A DNA stretch of 18,475 nucleotides from Fibrobacterota bacterium (lineage in GTDB: Bacteria; Fibrobacterota; Fibrobacteria; UBA11236), in NCBI GenBank assembly GCA_043753995.1, contig JAYUVP010000177.1, forward strand, positions 1 through 18,475. Reading direction: 5' to 3'. Every line of letters starts with the position of its first letter. The first letter of the stretch is position 1. Below, piece after piece: positions 1 to 8,210 of this stretch. The translations under genes and the position numbers were made by a program. Below the pieces are notes generated by a model, which saw only the letters and a list, made by a program, of their open reading frames with translations, did no database searches and was not told the origin of the DNA.

Positions 1-1
1 A

Positions 2-868
2 GAATCTTTCGCCACAGCCACCTTTGCTTTTCCCCAGCCCAATCCCCTGGCGAATACCCAGGCCGTAGTGCAGGAAATGGCCGCCAATGGCTTAGCCCAG
101 TGGAAAGCCGCGACCAGGCCAAACAATTTGTTTTTGCCTTCCTGGGCGCCTTATCAATTCGGCCCGCGCCTCATCTCCGACGCTTATTCCGCCAAAGGCT
201 GGGACAGTGTGGAGGCGCTCTATGCCCATCCCCTCCAGCCGGTGATGACGGCCGTGACCAGTCGTCCCCAAGCCTTAATGCCATTCGATTTCAGCGAATA
301 CTTTCGTCGCGTAGATACCACCGGAGCCTATAATGACATGGGCTTGCATGGAAGCTTGGGTCTCATGTCTCTGCTGAATCAGGCCCTAGATTCGAACGGA
401 TTTTTTTCGGGCCTCGGTTGGCGAGGCGATCGCTATGCCTATTCACGTAAGTCCGGACAAAATTTCGGAAGCCTGCTTTGGGCCGGAGCTTTTGCCGATG
501 TCCAGCAAGCCGACTGGGTTTGGAAAAATCTGATACAAATAGTGCGTGGCCGCTTTTCCAATACGCAATATCCCCTTTCGGTCGATTCCAGTTCGAACCT
601 GTTAGCAAACTTACCCGGGATACACTTGCAGGGAAAAGAATTGCAATCTTATTTGTTGAAAGATGGGGTGAATATTTATTGGGTGGAAGGTCTTTCACTA
701 GAAGACAGCGAAGCCTTGGCGCAATCGCTAAAGTCCAAAGCCTCACCGGCCCCGGCGCTGGCTTTGAAGGGTCTGGTTAAATCACAATATGGCTGGATAT
801 CGGGAAAAGGACGTATTTACCTAAATAAAACGGGAAATCGACACCCCTTTTCACTATCTGGTCACTAG
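2..868 (+). CDS. 5'-truncated hypothetical protein; C-terminal part resembles Hvo_1808/LpqM-like exported (metallopeptidase-associated) proteins
   Basis: The frame is open from base 2 (ESFATATFAFPQPNPLANTQAVVQEM...), so the GTG at 68 is probably internal. Motifs 'PYQFGPRLI...KGWDSVEALYAHP' and 'GWRGDRY' recall the PY-x-G...GW-x-V-x-Y-x-P and GWxGDRY motifs of that family (from memory). No HExxH in the visible part. Stop TAG 866-868. Confidence 0.5.
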   Translation, partial: ESFATATFAFPQPNPLANTQAVVQEMAANGLAQWKAATRPNNLFLPSWAPYQFGPRLISDAYSAKGWDSVEALYAHPLQPVMTAVTSRPQALMPFDFSEYFRRVDTTGAYNDMGLHGSLGLMSLLNQALDSNGFFSGLGWRGDRYAYSRKSGQNFGSLLWAGAFADVQQADWVWKNLIQIVRGRFSNTQYPLSVDSSSNLLANLPGIHLQGKELQSYLLKDGVNIYWVEGLSLEDSEALAQSLKSKASPAPALALKGLVKSQYGWISGKGRIYLNKTGNRHPFSLSGH

Positions 869-929
869 AACACCTACATTGATATTGGCCTGATAATTAA
901 GGCATCATTGCATTTAGGAGTTTTAATTC

Positions 930-1214
930 ATGGGATATAACGGTAAAAGCAATTATGAGGAAAGAGATCGGCTTTTCGAAAAGAGCTTTCAAGAAAGAGG
1001 CACGAATAAAACCCAGGTGAAAAAAGACTTGGAAGCGTTATTCAAAAATAAACCAGAGACGGTAGTGACTTCGCCTACTGGAGTTCAGACCAAGGTCGAA
1101 TTGTGTGCCACGGGGCATGCCTGGATCCGCGATTGGGACGGCGTTAATAAATGCGTTCGTTGCAAAGCCCTGAAGCCTATGGTGCCCAAGGCAAGCTCTA
1201 GCCCAGCGGGCTGA
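930..1214 (+). CDS. small hypothetical protein (94 aa) with C-terminal C-x3-H...C-x2-C zinc-ribbon-like motif
   Basis: SD 'AGGAG' 9 nt before the ATG. Charged N-terminus followed by 'CATGHAWIRDWDGVNKCVRC'. Confidence 0.7.
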   Translation: MGYNGKSNYEERDRLFEKSFQERGTNKTQVKKDLEALFKNKPETVVTSPTGVQTKVELCATGHAWIRDWDGVNKCVRCKALKPMVPKASSSPAG

Positions 1215-1290
1215 AATTCACGGCAAGTCACCGGCATTTTGCTCGGGTGAATAACCGAGAATAAAATCGGGTGCTAATTTTAGCTCCCCT

Positions 1291-1968
1291 ATGAATAACC
1301 AAAATTCTGGACCGTGGCGGCAAAGCCTCGCTGCTGCTCGCCTAAACTTATGGCCAGGATTGGCATTGCAAACCGTCGCTCTTGGTTTGTTGGCATCCTA
1401 TTATTGGATTCCAGACATACGTGCCTTTTTTGATCAAGTCGCGCTGTTGAAACAACAGATGGGGTGGTGGTATGGGCTGATTTCCACTGCGGTTTTCGGC
1501 GGTGTCATCCCTTTTCTCTTTTTGCGTTTGAATCCCGCGACTCGCGCCATGACGCCTTATTCGCATGGCTTGTTTTACATCCTATTCTGGGGCTATAAAG
1601 GTCTAGAGGTCGATGCTTTGTACCGCTTGCAAGCCTGGCTTTTCGGATCAGGAAATGATTGGCGCACTCTTTCCCTTAAGGTGCTCGGCGATCAACTGAT
1701 TTACAATCCGATTTGGTCGGCACCCATGTCCGTGTTTTTCTTTCACTGGAAAGAATTGGGATTCGGTCTGGCCAATTTGCGGAAAACGCCATGGCTGTCC
1801 TATTTAAAGCAGGCCATACCTCCAGCCCTCGTTTCGACTTGGATTGTCTGGGTACCCACGGTGACCATCATTTATAGCCTGCCCTCATCCTTGCAGGTTC
1901 CCTTATTCAATGTGGTGCTTTGCTTTTGGGTGCTTTTGCTTACGACCTTGACACGCCATCGCAATTAG
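1291..1968 (+). CDS. Mpv17/PMP22-family integral membrane protein
   Basis: Several hydrophobic helices. Family-type motifs 'KVLGDQLIYNP' and 'WIVWVPTVTIIYSLP...LQVPLFNVVLCFW' (DQ and WxP..P..xxxN..W pattern). Confidence 0.75.
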   Translation: MNNQNSGPWRQSLAAARLNLWPGLALQTVALGLLASYYWIPDIRAFFDQVALLKQQMGWWYGLISTAVFGGVIPFLFLRLNPATRAMTPYSHGLFYILFWGYKGLEVDALYRLQAWLFGSGNDWRTLSLKVLGDQLIYNPIWSAPMSVFFFHWKELGFGLANLRKTPWLSYLKQAIPPALVSTWIVWVPTVTIIYSLPSSLQVPLFNVVLCFWVLLLTTLTRHRN

Positions 1969-1991
1969 AGCCGGTCTTGCAGGCGTCGGTA

Positions 1992-2000
1992 TGGTAAAAT
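1992..2000 (+). promoter_or_regulatory. possible extended -10 promoter element (TGG-TAAAAT) for the DUF1338 gene
   Basis: TGnTAAAAT 35 nt upstream of ATG 2036; GAGG SD at 2027-2030. No well-spaced -35. Confidence 0.3.
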
Positions 2001-2035
2001 CTTGGCGCTCACGGGTTTGAAATCACGAGGTCACT

Positions 2036-2854
2036 ATGCACATGCCCTCCCCGCTTCACGAACTTTTCGCGGCACTCTGGAAAGGGTATGCCTCCATCAA
2101 CCCCCAGGCAAATCGCATACAAGACTTGCTGCGCTCTCGTGGTGAATTCGTGGAAAATGATCATATCGCCTTTCGCACTTTGAATTGGCCGGGCCTCACT
2201 ATCGACGATATGGCTGCGCCCTTCGTCGCCTGCGGCTATCGCGAACAAGGGCGCTATGTTTTCGTCGACAAGCATTTGACCGCCAAGCATTGGCAACACC
2301 CCGACGCATCCTGGCCAAAGGTTTTCATCAGCCAATTAGGGTGGAAGCATTTAACGCCGGGTGGCCAAAGCCTAATGATGCGTCTCGCCAATACGGTTCC
2401 GCCTCAGGCTTTAAATCCTAGGCCGCTTTGCATCACGGGCCGACCTTGGAATCTAACCCTTGGAGAATATCAGGCCCTGGCCAGAGAGAGCGAATATGCC
2501 GCATGGCTTGCGGCCTTTGGATTTCAGGCCAATCACTTCACGGTAGCCGCCCATGGTTTGCAATCTTTTTCTTCCCTGCTTGATCTCAATGTGTTTATTA
2601 AGTCCCAGGGCTTTGCCCTGAATAATGCCGGCGGAGAAATCAAAGGCTCCCCTGGAGAAGGTTTGGAACAAAGCAGTACTTGGGCATCCTCCGTGCCGGT
2701 GAAATTTTCGGATGGCATGCTTTCCGTTCCAGGCTGCTATTATGAATTTGCTTGGCGCTTCAAACGCTCCGACGGTTCCTTATTTCATGGCTTCTTGGAA
2801 AAATCGGCGGACAAGATTTTCGAGAGCACGCACAGCCGTCAGGCGAAAGCATAA
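2036..2854 (+). CDS. DUF1338 family protein; HglS/YdcJ-like Fe(II)-dependent 2-oxoadipate dioxygenase/decarboxylase (short form)
   Basis: Family motifs 'NDHIAFRT', 'PKVFIS', 'ESEYAAW', 'NHFT', 'GGEIKGS', 'LEQSST', 'YYEFAWR', 'GFLEKSADKIFEST'. His/His/Glu metal triad and the Arg of FRT are present. Confidence 0.9.
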   Translation: MHMPSPLHELFAALWKGYASINPQANRIQDLLRSRGEFVENDHIAFRTLNWPGLTIDDMAAPFVACGYREQGRYVFVDKHLTAKHWQHPDASWPKVFISQLGWKHLTPGGQSLMMRLANTVPPQALNPRPLCITGRPWNLTLGEYQALARESEYAAWLAAFGFQANHFTVAAHGLQSFSSLLDLNVFIKSQGFALNNAGGEIKGSPGEGLEQSSTWASSVPVKFSDGMLSVPGCYYEFAWRFKRSDGSLFHGFLEKSADKIFESTHSRQAKA

Positions 2855-4218
2855 AGATCCGGTAATCGCAATAGCTTTGCCAAATCGCTAAGAGCACGCT
2901 TCAATTCCAAAGCCAAACCCGCATCTCGCAAATCCTGCGGCGATAGGCGATCGCGATAATGCTTTTTCACCCAGGCTTCCAAAGCGTCGAGCTTGGCCGA
3001 GGTCATTTTCACGCCTTCGGGCAGCCCCTGCCATTGCCGGGGAGTCAAGACCAAACGCAAGCGAAGGCAGGCGGGCCCACCTCCATTGCGCATGCTTTGG
3101 CGCAAATCCAGGCTTTGCCATTTTTGAATCACGCCTTCGCTGACCGCCCGTTGTAGTAGTCTCCGAGATTTTGGATTCTCTTCGCTTTCCTCGGCGCAAA
3201 GCAAACGGAGTCCGCCATCAGGCAATTCAAACAATTGGCTATTGAAGAAATAGGTGGTCACGGCTTCGCGCAAGGACAATTGCCGAGCCGAAACCCGGAA
3301 TAGGTGCAAAGGGCGACGATTCAAATCGCGATAACGCTTTTCGGTTTCGGCCAAGGCGGCCTCGCCTTCGGCATAGGCCTGTTCATGCACCAGCCACGTT
3401 TCGCCTTGCCCCACCGCGATGACATCATTGTGAAAAACTCCGGCGTCGATGGCGCGCGGATTTTGGCGAAGGTGCCAAACCTGGCTTTCGGCAAGTCGGT
3501 GCTGGCGGACTAGGGCTTGGCTCGCCTCCAGGGATTGGCGGGCAGGGTATTTTTCCGGTGACGTCCCTGCAGGGTGACGCCCTCCGGCGGCATTACCGGC
3601 ATTTCCTGCCCGGCCATGCACGAAGACGTGGAGGCCTTTGCTTCCAGGCGAAGGCGCGAAGCGCGTGTGATTGGCGCCCCCTTCGTCGCCGAAACGCGCG
3701 TCGCAAGGCAAAGCATCATGATGCTCAAAGCCAGCCTCGACGGGCAGAATGCGCCGTAGGATATGCCCGCTTTGATTCGCCTCCAGGGACCGATGCAGGG
3801 TACCGAGCAAATTCGCGGGGGTCACGTGCGCAGGACCCCGGGAATGATCGGCAGCGGGCGAATAGGTGGCTGCATTCGCGGCCCACATGGCGGAAGAACT
3901 CCAAACGGAGGCCAATAAGGCCGGATCAACGCGATAAGCCGCGTCCAGCATGTCGGAGAGTTTCCCATGAAAGCCGAGTCTGCGTAAAAAGTCAAAGTCC
4001 GGCCGCATTTGGGGCGGCAAAAACAATTGCGGCACGCCAGCTTCCACAAGCGCTCTCATTTTTTGCAGGCCTTGCAAAGCCGCCAGGCGCGGATTGGACG
4101 CTTCACCGCGATGTTTTTGCGAGGCTACATTGCCGAAACTGAGTCCGGCATAATTGTGATTCGGCCCCGCCAAGCCGTCGAGATTGGCATCGAAAGCATT
4201 GCTGCCGGGAGTTTTCAT
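2839..4218 (-). CDS. astB: N-succinylarginine dihydrolase
   Basis: 'NLDGLAGPNHNYAGLSFGNVAS', 'SSAMWAANAAT', 'GDEGGANH', 'YPARQS', 'GVFHNDVIAV', 'SMRNGGGPACLRLR'. Start revised to ATG 4218, which overlaps the astD stop (ATGA); the 72 upstream codons in the ORF track lie inside astD. Confidence 0.96.
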   Translation of the reverse strand: MKTPGSNAFDANLDGLAGPNHNYAGLSFGNVASQKHRGEASNPRLAALQGLQKMRALVEAGVPQLFLPPQMRPDFDFLRRLGFHGKLSDMLDAAYRVDPALLASVWSSSAMWAANAATYSPAADHSRGPAHVTPANLLGTLHRSLEANQSGHILRRILPVEAGFEHHDALPCDARFGDEGGANHTRFAPSPGSKGLHVFVHGRAGNAGNAAGGRHPAGTSPEKYPARQSLEASQALVRQHRLAESQVWHLRQNPRAIDAGVFHNDVIAVGQGETWLVHEQAYAEGEAALAETEKRYRDLNRRPLHLFRVSARQLSLREAVTTYFFNSQLFELPDGGLRLLCAEESEENPKSRRLLQRAVSEGVIQKWQSLDLRQSMRNGGGPACLRLRLVLTPRQWQGLPEGVKMTSAKLDALEAWVKKHYRDRLSPQDLRDAGLALELKRALSDLAKLLRLPDLYAFA

Positions 4219-5681
4219 GGCCTTCTCAAACCCGGTAGCAACGCGCTGGCAACCATGCGTTCCGCTTCGAGTGAGGCCACGGGATAGGCACAATAATCGG
4301 CAGCGGCATAAGCGCTCGGGCGATGATTGCCGCTGTGGCCCACGCCACCGAAAGGCAATTTGGCGCTGGCCCCGGTGAGCGGCCGGTTCCAATTCACGAC
4401 GCCTGCGCGCACCTCGGTAACGAAGCGATTCCAAAGTTCGGGTTGACGGCTGATCAGACCGGCGGAAAGGCCATAGCTTGTGGCATTGGCTGCCGCGATA
4501 GCGGCATCGAAGTCAGGCACGCGAACGATTTGCAAAAGCGGCCCGAAGGCTTCCTCATCCGGTAACTTGCCCGCTTCGGTCACATCCCAAATACCAGGGC
4601 TCAGCAAACATGGGCCACGCTCCGACGCCTGCATGCGCAGCATGGGCTTGGCTCCGGCCTTTTCCCAAAGCTCTTGGGTCGCCAGCAAATCAGAAGCGGC
4701 GCGGTCATGAATGACCGGACCATAAAAAGGTTCGGGCTTGTCGTCGGGAAAACCAAATTGCAAAGCCCGCGCCCATTGCACTAGGGATGCAATCAAGGCA
4801 TCGCCTTCCGCGCCTTCAGGCAGAATCAGCCGCCGCGCGCAAACGCAGCGCTGGCCAGCGGTGAGAAAGGCGGATTGCAAGGTCAGTAACACCGCGGTTT
4901 CCTGACACTCCGCATCCCAAATCACCAGGGGATTATTTCCGCCTAATTCCAAGGCCAGAATTTTGTCCGGTTTGTCGGCGAAAAGTCGATTGAGCGCCAA
5001 TCCGGCGCGATAACTGCCGGTGAAGAAAAGGCCGTCGAGGCCGGAATGGGCTGCCAAGGCTGCCCCGACATCACGGTTACCCTGAACCAAATTGAGAACG
5101 CCTGACGGTAAACCAGAGGCTTGCCATTGTTGTGCGAGAAAGGCACCCACTTGCGGCGCGAATTCTGAAGGCTTGAAGAGGACGGTATTCCCGGCGAGCA
5201 AGGCCGGAATCAAATGACTATGCGGTAAATGCGCAGGAAGATTAAAAGGGCCGAGCACGGCCACCACTCCGTGCGGCCTATGCCTTAAGACCCCACGGAA
5301 TCCGTCCATGGGTAATTCACGTGCGGCCAAGCGATCGGCCTGCGCCGCAATGGTTACCTCCACCTTTGCGGGCAATAAATCCGCCTCTTGCAAAGCTTCC
5401 CAATGCGGTTTGCCCGTGGCCTCGGATATCAAGCAGGCGAGGGCTTCTCTTTCCTGCTTGATTCGATCGGCGAAAGCACGGACAAAGACTTGCCTTTCCG
5501 CCTCCGCAAGCCGCGACCAGGACGGAAAAGCCTTACGCGCCGCTGTGATCGCCGCATCGACTTGCCAAGCATCGGCCTGACGACTTTCCCAAATCCATTC
5601 GCCAGTGCAAGGATTGGCATGTCGGAAAATTTCGCCCTGACCTTCTTGCCAAGCATTCGCGATGAAGGCTCCCGCTTGCAT
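4215..5681 (-). CDS. astD: N-succinylglutamate 5-semialdehyde dehydrogenase
   Basis: ALDH motifs 'GPFNLP', 'KPSE', 'FTGS', 'LELGGNNP', 'AGQRCVC', 'EEAFGP', plus the AstD-typical C-terminus 'GNHRPSAYAAADYCAYP'. Start ATG 5681 with SD GGGGAG and TAATG overlap with the astA stop. Confidence 0.94.
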   Translation of the reverse strand: MQAGAFIANAWQEGQGEIFRHANPCTGEWIWESRQADAWQVDAAITAARKAFPSWSRLAEAERQVFVRAFADRIKQEREALACLISEATGKPHWEALQEADLLPAKVEVTIAAQADRLAARELPMDGFRGVLRHRPHGVVAVLGPFNLPAHLPHSHLIPALLAGNTVLFKPSEFAPQVGAFLAQQWQASGLPSGVLNLVQGNRDVGAALAAHSGLDGLFFTGSYRAGLALNRLFADKPDKILALELGGNNPLVIWDAECQETAVLLTLQSAFLTAGQRCVCARRLILPEGAEGDALIASLVQWARALQFGFPDDKPEPFYGPVIHDRAASDLLATQELWEKAGAKPMLRMQASERGPCLLSPGIWDVTEAGKLPDEEAFGPLLQIVRVPDFDAAIAAANATSYGLSAGLISRQPELWNRFVTEVRAGVVNWNRPLTGASAKLPFGGVGHSGNHRPSAYAAADYCAYPVASLEAERMVASALLPGLRRP

Positions 5682-6742
5682 TAACTCCCCGATTCTTCTC
5701 GACCAGCGTCCGTCGAGATGGGCCATGTGCCGCGCAGTGGACATATCCGCAAACCATCGCCCTTATTGACCTGTAAAGCAGCGGCGGCCTCCCGCGACAA
5801 TTCCACGCCTTGCCCCGAAAACAGGGGATGGGCCACGCAGGCGCGAAAGCCATGAGACTTTGTATTGGAAACGAGATAGGGCGCGGCGGAAGGCACATGG
5901 GGACCGGTGCCAATGATTTGGAATAATCGACTCTCGCGCACAGTTCGAATCGATTGGCGCGCGCAACTGACCACGGGACCGCCTTCGAAAATATCCACCA
6001 TGCCATTGCGGGCAAAGCCTTCGCTCTCAAGCAAATGCAAGGCAGGCGCGCTTTCAGGATGCACTTGATTCACCACCTCTTGCGCGGCCTTGGGCAAAAG
6101 TGAAACGTAAATGGGATGGCGAGGCATCAAATCGGCGAGAAAGGTTTTGTCCTTCATCACCAAATAATCAGCATGGGGGAATTCCATGTCGAAAAAATGG
6201 CGGCCCACGGCTTCCCAAAAAGGCGATTGTCCCTGATGATCAATGCGTCCTCGCATTTCCGCCAAGACCGTCTCATCGAAGTAACGGGGCTGATCGGCCA
6301 TGAATAGGAAGCGGCTGAGGGAAAGCAACCGACCATTATTTCCCCGGCGATGTGCGGGCGCTAAAAAAAGGCTGCCGATTTCCGAGGGACCATTGTGCTC
6401 CTGGATCAAATGCAAGGTGTCCAGGGCAATGCGTTTTTTCAACGATGGCGATTCGCGGATTTCTTTTTCGAGATGATAGGCATAAAAGGGTTCGAAGCCG
6501 CCCACCTTGGAGACCATACCGGAAATGCCAACCAAGCCTTCGTCTGGATCGATGAGGGCCAGCAAATACGTCTCACCGCCTGGCCTCTCGGCCGCGCGCG
6601 CGAAACCCCGCAGGGATTCGCGAATGCGCTTTTCCAGCACTTCCGGATCCGGCGGTAAGGTCGTGAGGCCATAACCGGCTCGCCGCGACAGCCGCACCAG
6701 GGATTCCAAGTCCTCGGCTTCGATGGGGCGGACATAAAGCAT
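5681..6742 (-). CDS. astA: arginine N-succinyltransferase (single-subunit type)
   Basis: 'VRPI...DL', 'GLTTLPPD', 'EPFYAY', 'SEIGSLFL', 'GRLLSLSRFLFMA', 'AEMRG', 'SPFWEAVGRHFF', 'LMPRHPIYVSLL', 'VHP', 'VDIFEGGP'. SD GAGGA upstream. Confidence 0.95.
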   Translation of the reverse strand: MLYVRPIEAEDLESLVRLSRRAGYGLTTLPPDPEVLEKRIRESLRGFARAAERPGGETYLLALIDPDEGLVGISGMVSKVGGFEPFYAYHLEKEIRESPSLKKRIALDTLHLIQEHNGPSEIGSLFLAPAHRRGNNGRLLSLSRFLFMADQPRYFDETVLAEMRGRIDHQGQSPFWEAVGRHFFDMEFPHADYLVMKDKTFLADLMPRHPIYVSLLPKAAQEVVNQVHPESAPALHLLESEGFARNGMVDIFEGGPVVSCARQSIRTVRESRLFQIIGTGPHVPSAAPYLVSNTKSHGFRACVAHPLFSGQGVELSREAAAALQVNKGDGLRICPLRGTWPISTDAGREESGS

Positions 6743-6757
6743 GGCTATCCTCGCGTC

Positions 6758-6777
6758 TTAGGGCGACCTTGCCCTAA
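6758..6777. other. intercistronic hairpin TTAGGGC-GACCTT-GCCCTAA between the aminotransferase gene and astA
   Basis: Perfect 7-bp inverted repeat with a 6-nt loop in the 40-nt spacer; no U-tract on the minus strand. Confidence 0.4.
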
Positions 6778-6782
6778 CCTGA

Positions 6783-8174
6783 TTATCCTCTGAAATTCTC
6801 GACCACGCTGTCGAAAATATCGGCGGCAGAATCGATCTCCTCTTCGGTGATGCATCCCAAAGGCAATAAAAAGCGAATGCGTGTGGGGTGAGAACCCGCG
6901 ATAAAGCCAATAAGACCGGCCTGAAATAAGGATTGCAAAAAAGCCGCCGCGCGCTTTTCGTCTCCACCCATGGGCGTATAAACCACCATAGCTCCCAATC
7001 CGAATGGCCCCGCCACCCTTTCCGGATACTTCTCCGCCGCCACTTGCAACCGCGAGCGAAACCGATTGGATAGAGTGACGATGCGACCCAGCGGACCGAA
7101 CCAACCTTCCTTTTTCCATTCACGAAGCACAGCCCTGCCTGCCTTCAGCGCAGCCGTCGCTGCAGTAAAGGTTTGGCTCACCAGTCCCGGTCCGGGTTTA
7201 TAGGCATCAGTGAAAAGAGTCGCGCAAACCTGGGTCAATTTGCCTATGGTCACCACTTCGGCATATTCTTCCAGGCCGAAATGCTGAAAGGCAAAAGCGT
7301 GATCGGTGCGACCGAAAGTTTGAATTTCATCGAATAGTATGCCGACCTTTGCTTCGCGCGCGCGCTGAAGCAAGGCTTTGAAAAAGGTAACGTCACCTTC
7401 GCGATACCCCCCACCTTCACCTTGAATCAATTCCAATATGAAAAAAGCATGATCGCCCGGATGTCGGGTCAAATGCTCATTCAATTTTTCTAAAGCCCGC
7501 TGCGTGCTACCCTGGGGATCCGCGGCATCGAAGTAAGGCAAATAATCCACCGCTATCGCTGGAGGCAAGCCCACGCGATAAGCCGGCTTGTCGGTAATAT
7601 GCGAAAGCGCCAGAGTGCGGCCAGCGAAATTATGTTCGAAAGCAAGCACTCGCCGTGCCGGAAATTTTTTCTGGAATAAAACCTTGAGCGCATTTTCATT
7701 GGCCATGGCTCCGCTGCTGGTTAAAAAACCATGCGCGAACTTGGCTCCGGTAGCATTGGCGAAATCGAGAAAAAGCCCGAGGACTTCTTCAGCGTCGCCG
7801 CTTTGCTGCAAATTCCCCTGCATGAGGGTGTCTTCGAGACAAGCATCAAAACCAGCATCCAGCATAAGCTCACTGCCATGCCCGAAATAATGCACGCCAA
7901 TGCCGGAGATGAAATCGTATTTGACGCTGCCATCAAGCAATTCCACCAAGGGGCCGCGCCCAAAGCCGCTGGCGATATAAGGAAAATAAAGAGCCGCCCC
8001 TCGCAGTTCCTGGAAATGCTTGAGCTTTGCCGCAAAGGCTTCGGCCCGCAGGGGATCGGGAGGGCGAATACCGGTCAAGCGAGTCTGAGCTTCACGCAAA
8101 GCCGAATGCAAAAGGGCGCGCGCCTGCGCCACTTGGGGACTTTGTTTCCAGTTCTCGGCTTGCAAGCTCGACAT
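6783..8174 (-). CDS. PLP-dependent class III aminotransferase (AstC/ArgD position; succinylornithine transaminase-like, with lysine-6-aminotransferase-like motifs)
   Basis: 'YDFISGIGVHYFGH', 'SGAMANENALK', 'FAGRT', 'ELIQGEGG', 'FDEIQT', PLP lysine in 'TIGKLTQVC'. Strong SD AGGAGA. Directly upstream of astA. Confidence 0.88.
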   Translation of the reverse strand: MSSLQAENWKQSPQVAQARALLHSALREAQTRLTGIRPPDPLRAEAFAAKLKHFQELRGAALYFPYIASGFGRGPLVELLDGSVKYDFISGIGVHYFGHGSELMLDAGFDACLEDTLMQGNLQQSGDAEEVLGLFLDFANATGAKFAHGFLTSSGAMANENALKVLFQKKFPARRVLAFEHNFAGRTLALSHITDKPAYRVGLPPAIAVDYLPYFDAADPQGSTQRALEKLNEHLTRHPGDHAFFILELIQGEGGGYREGDVTFFKALLQRAREAKVGILFDEIQTFGRTDHAFAFQHFGLEEYAEVVTIGKLTQVCATLFTDAYKPGPGLVSQTFTAATAALKAGRAVLREWKKEGWFGPLGRIVTLSNRFRSRLQVAAEKYPERVAGPFGLGAMVVYTPMGGDEKRAAAFLQSLFQAGLIGFIAGSHPTRIRFLLPLGCITEEEIDSAADIFDSVVENFRG

Positions 8175-8210
8175 GTCTTTTCTCCTGAATTATTTACTTG
8201 TACTAAGTAT

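Noticed and set aside
4219..4434. 72-aa N-terminal extension of AstB given by the ORF track (likewise the astD extension to 5744)
   Set aside because: These lie within the upstream genes; homology starts at the coupled ATGs 4218 and 5681.
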